Shown here one piece after another: positions 13,252-24,904 of a DNA stretch of 64,000 nt. Position 1 is the first letter of the stretch. Every line of letters begins with the position of its first letter. Position numbers and translations under genes: made by a program. Source of the DNA: Felis catus (lineage: Eukaryota); the NCBI RefSeq assembly GCF_018350175.1, contig NC_058368.1, forward strand, positions 189,288,001 to 189,352,000, in the 5' to 3' direction. The notes under the pieces were generated by a model. It saw only the letters and a list, made by a program, of their open reading frames with translations. It ran no database searches and was not told the origin of the DNA.

Positions 13252-13849
13252 TTTATTAAACTTTGAAACCATTTAAGGGAAAGGAGTGAATTTGGGTGAG
13301 GGGTAATGATTTCTATTTGCAGCATGCTGGGTTTTAAGTATCTCTAGGATATTCAAGTGGAAAATGTGAACAAATATTTGGATAATGGACATAAAACCTA
13401 GAATTTAGGAGATTTAGGTTTCAGTTCAAAAATGTTAGAGAGACATGTAGAAATGCTGAGACTGATTATGTGAAACAGTTGAAGAGGCAGGGTAGTATGT
13501 TATTCATCTAGTGGAGATTTAAGAGGGCATAGCAGGAAAGACTGAAAGAAAAGAGGAATGTTTGACCAGGCATAAAGCATGAAGCAAGAGTACATGAAAG
13601 GACAGATGGCAGTGGAGCTAACACATCTTGAGGTGGCCAAAGATTACAAGAGATGTGGGGCATGTTAGGTCTATATGGCTGTAAGTTTTCTAAGGTAATG
13701 AGGCACTACATCCTCTGGTGGCCAGTGGAAGGTGGCAAGAGTTGTGATAGCATAAAAAACACTTTTTTTTTTTTTTATGTGCCATCCACAACCTGAATAA
13801 ATTGCTCACCAGTGAGTACAGAAACCTTTCCTGGTCCTTTTGCTGGTTG

Positions 13850-14370
13850 TCTCTTTACATGTCAGTTCCTCTCTTCTCCGTTCCAACAGCTACAATTTCT
13901 CAGGGAACAACTCTACCTTGACCTCCAGCATTGGATTATGTAACCAAGGTCAAACTAATTAGAACACCCTGTTTGCCTGGCCACAGTGATTAGCTCAGGT
14001 ATAAATACATAACTTAAGCTGGTATATTATGAGCATTTTTTTCTAGATTTTTCTGTGAACATTGGGAAAAAAATACATTATACATTCTTATTCCTGCAGC
14101 ATGTGGCAGAAACTGCTGGCTCCATCTTTAAAATATGAAAGAACACAATCTTATGACTCAGATGTCACAAGGGAAGATAAACCAGAAACACAGAGAGAAA
14201 CGAGGATTCTGTTGACATTGTTTGAGTCACTAGGTCAGTCTTCACCTGAAGCAGGTGAGGACTCTGGATTTTTCATATGCATGAGCCAATAAAGTTCCCT
14301 TCCTATTTAGGTTAATCTGAGTCAATATTTAATTTGTTTCAACCAAAAATTCATTGAAATATGATACAGA
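13850..14370 (+). mobile_element. MLT1-family LTR, old
   Basis: cctggccacagtgattagctcagg...atgagccaataaagttccct...gataca end. Confidence 0.6.
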
Positions 14371-15039
14371 GAGATTCTAATTTCTGGTGAAGTCATCTGA
14401 ATACTTAATTGATTACATAGATGTGGAAGGGAGACTCTGAGCTAGAGGCCCTGGGCATGCAGGATCCAGGGAGTGGTTGATTAAACCTTTTGTCTTGGTT
14501 TGCTTAGACTACTATCTCATGGTCCAAGTAGAATTTTTAGAATATTGGTATGACCATAATTATGTATTGAATACCTTTGTCAATTGAATGATGTTTTCAA
14601 AAAAGTTCTTACTAGAAAGAGCCATAAGTCCTTAAAAATAGTAATTTGGTGGAGACTCAACATTGATCACTTGTTGCCATCATGAGCTATGCTTTCTTAT
14701 TGGAGTCATAATCCAGATGAAGCTGATATCGAGCCACTGACATTTATGAACTTATTGCTTTGACATTTATAAACGTATTGCTTTTTGACATTTACAAACA
14801 CATTGCTTATAAATTTGTTAATGAATTTATTAGTTAACAGAAATCCACTGCTCACTGGAGTAGCAAAATTTAACATCAAGGCTGACATCATTACATATAG
14901 CCTATTTCCTCCATAAAGTAGAAGGTATATTCCAGGAGAATGCCAACTAGGATTAAAAATTATTTAGTAGGCCATCACACAGTCCTTTAAGGAAAGAGAT
15001 CGCAGCACAAGCACCACTTCTAGCTTTCAATGATTTTAG

Positions 15040-15262
15040 CACGATAAGCTGGTCTACTGGATGTGTCATCAAATTTGATCTGTAACCTGTCTTTGTAAAC
15101 AAAGTTTATTAGAACACAACCATGTTCATTCATTTACATATGTGTATGGCTGCTTTCATTCTACAATAGCAGATTTGAGTAGTTGTGAAAGTAACTGAAT
15201 GGTCCACAAAGCCTAAGACATTTATTACATATCTCTTTACAGAAAAAGCTTGTGGTTCCCTG
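15040..15262 (-). mobile_element. MER58A-like hAT MITE
   Basis: tgtaaacaaagtttattagaacacaaccatg...tatggctgctttc...gagtagttgtga...ctttacagaaaaagcttg...ccctg. Confidence 0.75.
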
Positions 15263-15319
15263 TGATTAGACTATGAGTGCCTTGAAGGTAGAACTATATG
15301 ATTTTCATCTTGGTATGAT

Positions 15320-15550
15320 AATCTCCACTGCATATCAGATGCTTGTTATGTGTCAATCACTGTGTTACTGTGCTTTATCGTTTTAAATCCTAAACAACTC
15401 AATGGGTTAGGTGTTCTTATCTTGGTTCTATAAAACTCAAAGAGGTAAAACAATTTTCTTGAGGACACACAACCATTAAATCCCAGACCTGAGAGTCAAG
15501 CCCAGATGTGCCTGTTTGACCTAAAGTTCGTGCTCTTAACTGCTGCATAT
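15320..15550 (-). mobile_element. MIR SINE
   Basis: tttaaatcctaaacaac...ctcaaagaggtaaaacaattttcttgaggacacaca...caagcccagatgtgcctgtttgacctaaag. Confidence 0.55.
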
Positions 15551-16312
15551 CCTGCACCACATCTCCATCCCTCCATACAATTCCAGCTTCACAAAAAGTA
15601 CTTATTGTTTGGTATTGAATTGAAATGGAAACAAAATTATTTTAAAGGTATTTGTTTACTTTATTTAAACCTTAATAGATCATTTACCTTACCAGGGATA
15701 CTCTCTTAATTGAGCATGAATGGCCTAGAGAAAATTGACAAGAAGGAAGAGTTATTTCCAACTCTTGGAAGAGTTCCATTTTCCCTTTTCCATACATGGG
15801 CTTTCTCTTAAGTTTTGGTCTTCAGTAGGCAGCACTAATGAGTCAACGAAGTTAACCAGAAGAAAGAAACAAATTGAATTGCTACTTGGATGATATACTT
15901 GATTTACGAAAAAGAGGTTGGAAAGGCCTACCATTATCAAATGGGATAACTTCCAATTTCCTTGCTGCCTTTGTGCTCTTACCTAAACCAACTGAAAATA
16001 CTCTATTGCTCAAGACTCTATACAAGTCAAGACCCTGTTATGTTTCTAATGACTGATTAACAGTTGTAATGTTTCTTACCTGTTATCACCCAGCATACAG
16101 ACTGTTGAATCATGGAAGTTGCTATATTATGGACTGCAACTGCATCTCTCTTTTTGTATTTTTCTCATCCTGGGATTTCTCAGACATGGCCTTTAGAGAT
16201 AAAGTGATTGCCTCTAACACACACAAAACGCAAAGATAGAAGATTGACCCAGGAAAGATGGGGAAGGCTCCTCTTCCCAAATCATATAACCAAAAAGAAG
16301 CAATTGTAGCCA

Positions 16313-16487
16313 TGCCTGGGTGGCTCAGTCAGTTAAGCGTCTGACTCTTGATTTCAGCTCAGGTCATGATCTCATAGTTTGTGAGTTTGAGCCCTGCATT
16401 GGACTCTGTTCTGGCAGCATGGAGCCTGATTAGGATTCTCCCTTTCTCCCTCTCTTTCTCTCAAAATAAATGAATAGACTTAAAAAA
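16313..16487 (+). mobile_element. CAN SINE, older
   Basis: tgcctgggtggctcagtcagttaagcgtctgactcttgatttcagctcaggtcatgatctc; degenerate TSD aagcaattgtagccatg / aagtaattattgctatg. Confidence 0.9.
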
Positions 16488-17379
16488 ATAAGTAATTATT
16501 GCTATGGGAAGAATAAATAAAGGAAGTTTTCTGTGCCAGAGAATACTTCAGATTATATTTTGCTTATTATCATAGAATATTTTTCTTCAGAAAAGTATAA
16601 AACTTTGGATTAAAAGCCTTAAAACCCCTAATGAATTTTTTTAATGGAAACCACCATTCCACATACACCACAATTCCATTTCCCAAGGAAATCTTGTTGT
16701 GCCAGAAGCTAGAGCTGTTTTCTGTTATTAAATATGCAGTGGTATTATCAGCAGTGCCTTGGAAAGTTATGGGTGCTATCGGAGGAAGGTTGTGGAAAGC
16801 AATGAGAAAGATAGTTGCAGAGGTATCATGTCTGTGGGTGTCTTAGTGTTACTGTCAATTTCTGCCTAGTCCCAACTAACATATTGGCTCTTTTCATGTC
16901 TAAAGACAGAAGTGGGTGCAAAGTTTTCAGTTCCCCAACAAAGCTTAATTCAGGGATTCATCTTAGAAACAATTTTCTTCAGCTGTCATTGCTCTCTTCT
17001 GGACAACTTCAAAGAAGCTAGCTGATCTTTTCTTATCCGTTTTGGGACATGAAAACATTTTTCTACTGAGGTAAAATTTCCAGAAATTATAGTTTAGTTA
17101 TCACATAAGTAAAATCCTCCATCTTCTATAGATCCAATAAGTTTAGCCAGCCTTGATCTCTTTTCTTTCCAGATGACCCCAATCATCTACTTCTTACATC
17201 TTTACTTCTCAAACTATTGTTCTTGGATCACCCGTATCACAAGCACCTGGGAGAGTGTGTTGTAAATATGATCTCTAGACCTTATCTCTAGACCTTGTCT
17301 CTTAGACAAAAGGTGATTCCCAGATTAGCCCTTTACATATCTTATAGTCATAAATGTTGCAACCAGATAAGCAAGTTGT

Positions 17380-17593
17380 GTCCAGCACAAGAGTATCCAG
17401 TCAAAGGGAAGAAGGATAAAATCAAGGTGTGCACCCTGGCACAAGACTGTGCCCATCAGAGGAAGAGGTGGGGTTTTTCCTAATTTGCACAAATGTCCCC
17501 CGTGCTAATTGGTTGCCCATAAGGTTACATCTGCCAGGAAGGGACATCTTTTTCTAATTTACACAAAGGCACTGTGTGGGCTGGCAGTGCCCT
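17380..17593 (-). mobile_element. MER91A-like hAT-Tip100 MITE with duplicated terminus
   Basis: ttttcctaatttgcacaaatg and tttttctaatttacacaaaggcactgtgtgggctggcagtgccct both match the MER91A end. Confidence 0.55.
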
Positions 17594-19149
17594 ACTTGTA
17601 GGTCTAATTTACAGGGCCCATGGGACAAACATCATGTGCTAAGTTCTTTGTTCCCCCTCCCATTGTACCTCACACACCATTAAAACTCAATATTTGTAGA
17701 ATCAAATTGAAAATGCTAATAACATATTAATGCTAGAGAAAGAAAGACAGTTTTATCACTCAAACAACAATAGTCCCCTTCATTTCTCTCCTTGCTTGAA
17801 TTCAGCAAAATCAGCAGAATTTTCCATTGCAGACCACAAATTGAACATACAGTCTGTGTGGGGGGCAAAATGAAACTCTTCTCTTCCTTCCTAGTGGAAA
17901 TAAAACTCTTTGGCAGTAATTCTTGGATTGTTTTCTTTGGAAATTGCATTCATGTGATTTTTCAAGATGTTTCCCGGGCTTTGTTGAAATTTGATCCATT
18001 TAGCAAGAAACACATAACTCAATTCATGTTAAAATTCTCAGGGTTACTTAAGAATAATTATGAGTTGTCCATGTGTGCTAGAAAAACAGTCCAGACTTCC
18101 TTAAGAATGGGAAGATTATTTGTCTCTCTGAGGTAATGTTTCTCCCGATTAAGCATGCCCAATGCACGAGTTTGCTCGAGAAGTGGCCCCAAATTTTTCA
18201 CTGGAAAGCACTAGACAGGCTTCACTGATTTCACCCTAAAGCCATTCTCAGAGGTGATATATCATGTATGAAGCAAAGATTTCTGAACTTCTATAGAAGA
18301 CAATAATATTTCACTCTCATAAAGAGAATAAGAGTTGGGCCAAACTTTGGGATGTAATGGTTGGATTTGGCCTCAAACACAGCTTTCCTGAGATCCCTTT
18401 ATTGAGTAATTTTCCTTCACAGGCACTCTTCTTTTTACTAACCCCTCCAAGCCACAGTGAAATCAAACAAAGCCCCAAAAATCTCCCTTGCTCTCACACA
18501 ACTCTTCTAACACAGAAATGGGCTCTCCTGAGCATTCACAGACTTGGACTTGGCAGGTAGCAAAGGCAACATAAGTGGAGATGGGGAATTGCAGTACAGA
18601 GAGAGGCCACCTGTCCTTTTGCCTGTGTTCAAGAGAGAGCTGATCCCTATTCACCCTCGCTTATTTGAGCCCCTTCTGGTTGGGCTCACAGAACCCTGTG
18701 TCTCTGAGAACCCTGTGTAAGCCTTTGGGAAGAACTGGAGCTGGGAATGAGAGGCCATCAGGGACATGGTGATATTTCACCACCACCTGTCGTCTTCATT
18801 TCTCCAGCTCTGTGCACCCTATCCTTTGATCCCTTGTCTACATGGTGAGTGCAGTGTTCTTCAGTTTAAATGTCCTATGTTTAAGAGACCAACCCAGGTT
18901 TGCTTTACTTCATCCCAGTTCTAAATTCCTGAGGATGGAAAGCGGTTGTTGCACTCATCTTGGATCTGGTAACTTTTCTGGCTTAATTGTCTACGGCAAA
19001 GAACAGAGTCAAGCAGAAAAAACATGTGCTCAAGGAGGTCACCCCTGTGTCCTGGATCATGGGGAAGAGAAAAGCAAACTGTTAGAGAAAGCAAACTGCT
19101 CAGAAAATCTAAAAGGTATCCTGTAGAAGCCTTTCACCTATGATCCTAG

Positions 19150-19370
19150 AAACAAAAGGAGAGCTTTAAGGTCATTTATCCCAACTACCCATCCATGGCA
19201 GAAATCTGTTCTACAACATCGTTAACAATAATCCTTCAGCCCTGCTTGAATACCCGCCAAAGATGGAGAGTTGCCTCCTTCTGAGGCAGTCAGTATTGTT
19301 AAAATTTTTTTCTTAGGTTATAGCAAAAAATTCTTCTGGTAATGACCACACATAGGTACTAGTTCTAACT
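19150..19370 (-). mobile_element. CR1/L3 LINE 3' fragment
   Basis: ttctacaacatc...ttcagccctgcttgaatacc...gatggagagttgcctccttctgaggcag. Confidence 0.6.
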
Positions 19371-19470
19371 ATTTAAGCAGCATGAATTTCTAACATTGGA
19401 GTGAACTTGCATATACATATACATGTACATGTATATATACACATACATGTATATATACATATACATTTTT

Positions 19471-19665
19471 AAAAAATATTTTATTTATTTTTGGGGAGAG
19501 TGCAAGCAGGGAAGGGGCAGAGGGAGGGGTACAGAAGATCTGAAGTGGGCTCTGCACTGACAGATTGACAACAGTGAACCCAGTGTGGGACTTAAACTCA
19601 CAAACTGAGAGATATAACCTGAGCCAAAGTTGGAGGCTCGACCAACTGAGCCACCCAGGTGTCCC
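19471..19665 (-). mobile_element. CAN SINE, older
   Basis: Reverse head ...ccaactgagccacccaggtgtccc, with T-rich tail on the left. Confidence 0.9.
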
Positions 19666-19739
19666 AACTTATACATTTCTTTAAATTAAAGAGCCTGGAA
19701 AGAGGTTAATAAGAAGGAGGATGGTGTGAGAGAAGGAGA

Positions 19740-19950
19740 ACAGGCTCTGGTGATACTATTTAACAGTCAGTTTTCAAACAACTATCAACGAGATGTGCAG
19801 CCTTCAACAAGCCATTCAACGTCTATTTCCTAATTGTAAAATGGTCAAGTGTCATGAAAATTAAATAAAATAAAGTGCAAATAAAATAAAGTGCACTCAT
19901 TTTAGTGCCTGGCATAGAGTTGAAGCTTATGTTGTTCTAGCTGCCATTAT
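19740..19950 (+). mobile_element. MIR SINE
   Basis: tttcctaattgtaaaatgg...tttagtgcctggcatagagt. Confidence 0.5.
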
Positions 19951-19998
19951 TTTATTTTGGTATTACTTATATAAATACAATGAAATCGTGTATTTTCT

Positions 19999-20223
19999 GT
20001 TTTTTAATTTTTTTTTAATGTTTATTTATTTTTGAGAGAGAGACAGACAGACAGAGTGTGAACAGGGAAGGGCAAAGAGACAGGGAGACACACAGTACGA
20101 AGCAGGCTCCAGGCTCTGAGCTGTCAGCACAGAGCCCGACGTGGGGATCGAACTCAAGAACCACGAGATCATGACCTGAGTTTAAGTGTGACACTCAACC
20201 AACTGAACCACCCAGGTGCCCCC
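19999..20223 (-). mobile_element. SINEC_Fc-type SINE
   Basis: agcaggctccaggctctgagctgtcagcacagagccc...ccacccaggtgcccc; TSD aaatcgtgtattttct (19983-19998) / aaatcatatattttct (20224-20239). Confidence 0.95.
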
Positions 20224-21134
20224 AAATCATATATTTTCTAAGCCTTAGTCATTGTGCAACTGATAGTTCTCAATTTGACCAGATAGCTGCTCCTCCAACA
20301 TTGTTCATGTCAATGGGTAAAAGTAAGAATGTAGTGTCAGAGTATTCTTTATCCACAGCCTGGAACTTGTTTCTAGAGAGAAGACTGGGGAAACATCCGC
20401 AAACCATCTGTCACAGGAGTGGGTGTCATTCTATTTGTTATTTAAACATGAAGCTAAAGTCTTGTTGCTCAAGCTGTAAAGATGGGGAGTTAGTGGAGAT
20501 CATTCTATATCTGTAGTCTACAGAATTGGAATATAGAAGTTGACATTTTTATGATTTTCATAATCTTTGCAAGTACGTAGTGTAGCCAGAACCAAGGTGT
20601 TCTGAGTCCCCTGGATTTAGTGTCAGGTATGAGAGAAAAGGAAAAGAAGCTGAAATGATTGCATTTGCTAAACCCTTGCTCTGAGAAGCTGAAGAATCAG
20701 AAGGTGTCTGGCTACCTAATGAATGGGTACAGCAAGACTCTTCAGACTGCAGATGCCTTCAAAACCAGAGACACCAAGGAGGTGGTAAGGTAACACCTAT
20801 CTAAAAGGATTGTCATTTCATTTCTTTCTTTCTTCCTGTGAATACTGAAGTGTGCCTAAGCTTTCTATACTAAAAATATATATGATTTAATCTTCTACAT
20901 ATTATATATAATATTTTATATCAAACTATGAATTTGACTACAAGCATAAACACACATATAAATACAAGATAGACACTGTTTAAGCTTTTCCATTTTGTCT
21001 TCCATTTACAATTACCTGATCAACAGGTGCAAGCGTTAGTTGAATTTTGTTATGTAATTAGGAAAAAAAGACAATAAGAAATCAGACTAAAAAACAATAA
21101 ACTTTCCTGTAATTTAAAAAAATAGACTCTTACA

Positions 21135-21340
21135 GGGTGCCTGGGTGGCTCAGTCAGTTGAGCGTCCGACTTCAGCCAGGTCATGATCTCATGGCTCATG
21201 AGTTTGAGCCCTGCGTCAGGCTCTGTGCTGACAGCTCGGAGCCTGGAGCCTGCTTCCAATTCTGTGTCTCCCTCTCTCTCTCTCTGACCCTCCCTGCTCA
21301 CACTCTGTGTCTCTGTGCTTCAAAAAATAAATAAACATTA
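21135..21340 (+). mobile_element. SINEC_Fc-type SINE
   Basis: Canonical head, body and tail; TSD aaaaaatagactcttaca / aaaaaatagacttaca (2-bp indel). Confidence 0.95.
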
Positions 21341-22111
21341 AAAAAATAGACTTACATATATGGTCAATTGGTTTTAGACAATAGTGCTAAGACCATAATG
21401 GGGAAAGGATAATCTTCTCAGCAAATGATGCTGGGGTAACAAGATATTCCATACAAAAGAGTAGAATTAGACGTTTATTTCACAACGCACAAAAAAATTA
21501 ACTCAAAATGGACCAAAGACCTAAATGTAATAATTAAAAATGTAAAACTCTTAGGAGAAAGTATAGAGGACACTGGATTTGGCAATCATGTCTTGGATTT
21601 GAAACCAAAAGCACAGACAATAAAAGAAAAATAGATAAGTTGAACTTCATCAAAATTATAAAATGTTTGTGCCTCAGGGGACACTGTCAATAGAGTGAAA
21701 ATGCAATCCACTTGCAAATTATATACTGATAACAGATGAATATCTAGAATATAAAAAGAACTCCTACAACTCAGCAAGAACAAAAAAAAATGACCAATCA
21801 ATTCAAAAATAGACAAAATGTGGTATATACAATGTACTATTATGCAGGCATTAAAAGGAATGAAATTCTGATACATGCTACAGAATGGATAAATCTTGAA
21901 AACATGCAAAGTAAAATAAGAGAGACACAAAATGACAAATATCCTATGGTTCTACTTATATAAGTTCCCTAAAATAGGCAAATTCATAGGGAAAGTATAA
22001 TGGAAGTTACCAGGGACTCAGGGAAGGGGAAAATGAGAGTCATAGTTCACTGGGTACAGAGTTTATGTTTGAGATGACAGAAAAGTTCTGGAAATACATA
22101 GTGGTGATAGC

Positions 22112-22112
<1 letters not shown>
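21341..22112 (+). mobile_element. Old L1 (L1MB-like) ORF2-end/3'UTR fragment with internal deletions
   Basis: tatatggtcaattggttttagacaa...aaattaactcaaaatggaccaaagacctaaatgtaa...gggtacagagtttatgtttgagatgacagaaaagttctggaaatacatagtggtgat. Confidence 0.8.

Positions 22113-22114
<2 letters not shown>

Positions 22115-22163
<49 letters not shown>
22115..22163. repeat. (AT)n microsatellite
   Basis: Read directly from the sequence. Confidence 0.97.
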
Positions 22164-22166
<3 letters not shown>

Positions 22167-22391
22167 CCAGAGGAAGGGAAGAGCACTCCAGGCACAGAGA
22201 ATGGAATGTGCAAAGGCATGAAGGTAAGGATATCCCCATGTTTGAGGAGTCCAGTGAGGCTGCATCACTGGTTGTTTTGGGAAGAGATGCTGGAGTCTAG
22301 GCCTACTTGGGAAGGGCCTTGAACACCAGTCAAAGAGAAGTAATGGCTTGGAAATATACAGTGTTTCTAGGCCCACCTTTACATGCCATGC

Positions 22392-22461
22392 TGTATTATG
22401 TTTTTCCAGAGAAATAAAACCAGGAGGAAAATAAGAGGGGTGTGTGTGTGTGTGTGTGTAT

Positions 22462-22506
<45 letters not shown>

Positions 22507-22674
22507 TACATCCTATTGGCTTTGTTTTATATAGAGAGATAGAGATATAGAAACAAGAAGAGAGGCAGAAAAAGAGAGATATTTATTATAAAGGATTGGC
22601 CCATACAATTATGGGAGAAGGCAAGTCCCAAGATCTATAAGTTGGCTCTGCAAACTGGAGGCCCAGGAAAGCCA
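22392..22674 (-). mobile_element. MLT2-family ERVL LTR fragment containing (TG)n/(CA)n
   Basis: tgtattatgtttttccagagaaataaaacc...atttattataaaggattggccca...aagtcccaagatct...ctggaggcccaggaaagcc. Confidence 0.75.
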
Positions 22675-22704
22675 TGTGACCAGAAAGAAAGGAAGCAGAA
22701 AACT

Positions 22705-23482
22705 TGTGAATAGCCCTAAATCCTCCCACTGAAAGTTCTGCACCCAATTCCAGCTGGATGTGGGGTTTTCCCTCACGGACAAGCAATTCTCCAACACCAG
22801 CTGGGTGTCCTACAATTCGACTCAATTCTGACACTATTGATCTGATGCTATTGAGATAGCATCAGATCCCATAAGTTAAGGGCTCAGTCCAACAAGAGCC
22901 CCCACTTTAGATGTCAGTGGCAAGTCCACGTTGTAACCTGTACTTCTGACTGGTTATAAATCAGAGGTTCCCACCACTCCCTCCTTGGGTTTGATTAACT
23001 TGCTAGAATGGCTCCCAGAACTCAGGAAACCCATTTACTCAGTTGCTGGTTTATTATAAAAGGATATAGAACAGCCAGATGGAAAAGATGCATAGGGCAA
23101 GGTATGGATAAAGGGCAAAGAGTTTTTTTCATGGCCTCTCCAAGCCACTGTCTCCAAATCTCTACATTGCTCCCCAACCAGGAAGCTCTCCAAATCAAAT
23201 CCTTTGGATTTTTATGGAGGCTTCCATGGTTGATTAAATCGTTGGCTGTTAGCCATTGATTAAGCCTCTAGTCCCTCTCATCTCCCCAGAGGTCAGGGGT
23301 GTGGGACTGAAAGTTCTAACCTTCTAATCACATGGCTGGTTCTCCAGGCAACTGACCCCACCCTTAGGTGCTTTTCAAAAGTCAACTCATTAACATAACA
23401 GAAGACACCTTTGTTGCTCTTATCCCTTAGGAAGTTCCAAGGGTTTTAGGAGCTCTGTGCCAGAAATGAGGATGAAGACCAA
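22705..23482 (-). mobile_element. MER21/CarLTR-like LTR
   Basis: ccagctgggtgtcctacaattc...gagatagcatcagatccc...ttgctagaatggctcccagaactcaggaaac...ttccaagggttttaggagctctgtgccagaaa. Confidence 0.75.
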
Positions 23483-23521
23483 GGAAATGTCTCTAAGCAG
23501 AGTAGTTGACAAAAAGTGACC

Positions 23522-23881
23522 AAAAAAAAAAGAGAAGAAAAGGGAAGAGAAGAGAAGAGAAGAGAAGAGAAGAGAAGAGAAGAGAAGAGAAAAGAAAAAA
23601 AGAAAAGAAAAGAAAAGAAAAGAAAGAAAGAAAAGAAAAGAAAAGAAAAGAAAAGAAAAGGAAAGAAAAGAAAAGAAAAGAAAAGAAAAGGAAAGAAAAG
23701 GAAAAAGAAAAGAAAAGAAAAGGAAAAAGAAAAGAAAAGAAAAGAAAAGAAAAGGAAAAAGAAAAGAAAAGAAAAGGAAAAAGAAAAGAAAAGAAAAGGA
23801 AAGGAAAGGAAAGGAAAGAAAAGAAAAGAAAAGAAAAGAAAAGAAAAGAAAAGAAAAGAAAAGAAAAGAAAAGAAAAGAAA
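23522..23881. repeat. ~360-bp pure polypurine (GAGAA)n/(GAAAA)n tract
   Basis: Read directly; only A and G on the + strand. Confidence 0.97.
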
Positions 23882-24344
23882 TAAAGAGCCACAGAGATTG
23901 ATAGAAACCTGAACAATGAGAGACTTTAGGCAACATCCAGGGACCCCCTTCTGGAACAGGCACGACGTCCTTCCTTATCATTTCTACAACTTCATTTATA
24001 ACAAAAATGAATGAGAAACCGTGACCATGGCTCTTTCTTCCCAGAATTGTGCCTTGTGTAGCTGCCTATGCCAGTGGTGGTTCCAAATTTTCTGTAAAGG
24101 AGGAGCATAGACGCATAAATCTAATAAAGGCAAATGCAGTGAGATTTGTCTTAAGACTGGATTTGCTTAGCATGTTTGACATTTTTATATAGAGTGCAGG
24201 TTTATTTGGGATGGTTTGAGGTAGGACCACTGATGAATATCATAGGGAGATAAAAACCCTGTGAAATCCCTCTTTGCAAACTGTCCCCAGCACATGGCTA
24301 CTGAAGGGGACCAAATATCTGGGTATTGCCCTGCCTTCAGACCA

Positions 24345-24775
24345 GAAGACATAAACTAGTAGTGTACTAGGGAGACCAACCATTCTGGTTTGCCTGAGAC
24401 TGGGCAATTTTTCAAGACGAAGACTTTTGGTAGTAAAACTAAGACAGTCCCCGGCAAACCAAGAGAGTTAATATCTAGCATGTAGCCCTCAGACATATTC
24501 TATTTTGTCATCTGTTATTTTATTTCTTTTTAAAACTTGAGTTAGAATCATTGAAAAATAAGTGTTTCTAAAAACATCCAGGTACATACTTCTTTTAACA
24601 ATTCAGAAGATCTGGACATTCTGAGACCTGTGTTCCATCAAGGCAGTAATTCACCAGGGCCAAGTGGTGGCAGCTCTTTCCCAAAGACAGAACATGTGCC
24701 TTCCAGGTCTTCACAATCCCCACCTGTCTGCTTTCAGTCATTTATACTACCTGCCTGGACCCTGTGGCATGAGGC
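24345..24775. mobile_element. MER102-like hAT-Charlie element interrupted by MER81
   Basis: ttcagaagatctggacattctgagacctgtgttcc...cacaatccccacc...tcatttatactacctgcctggaccctgtggcat. Confidence 0.6.
24368..24478 (+). mobile_element. MER81-like MITE
   Basis: tagggagaccaaccattctggtttgcctgagact...taaaactaagacagtccccggcaaacc, with inverted ends. Confidence 0.7.
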
Positions 24776-24904
24776 TGCACATTAGAAATATCTGAGTGGC
24801 CTGTACCATTCCAACATTTAACTATACCCCATACAACCATATAGGAATTTCTGGTGGTGAGACCTTGGCATCTACATATATACATCTTATATATGTACAT
24901 CTTT

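Noticed and set aside
14738..14808. CRISPR-like repeat array
   Set aside because: This is mammalian DNA; the repeats are adjacent with no unique spacers, and there are no cas genes.
18791..18850. Candidate 37-nt exon (tttctccag|...catg|gtgagt)
   Set aside because: Not frame-preserving, no recognisable peptide, and such site pairs arise by chance in 64 kb. It needs RNA-seq support.
23446..23981. Four ORFs of 122-162 aa (K/E/R-rich or F/S/L-rich)
   Set aside because: Translations of the stop-free (GAAAA)n tract.
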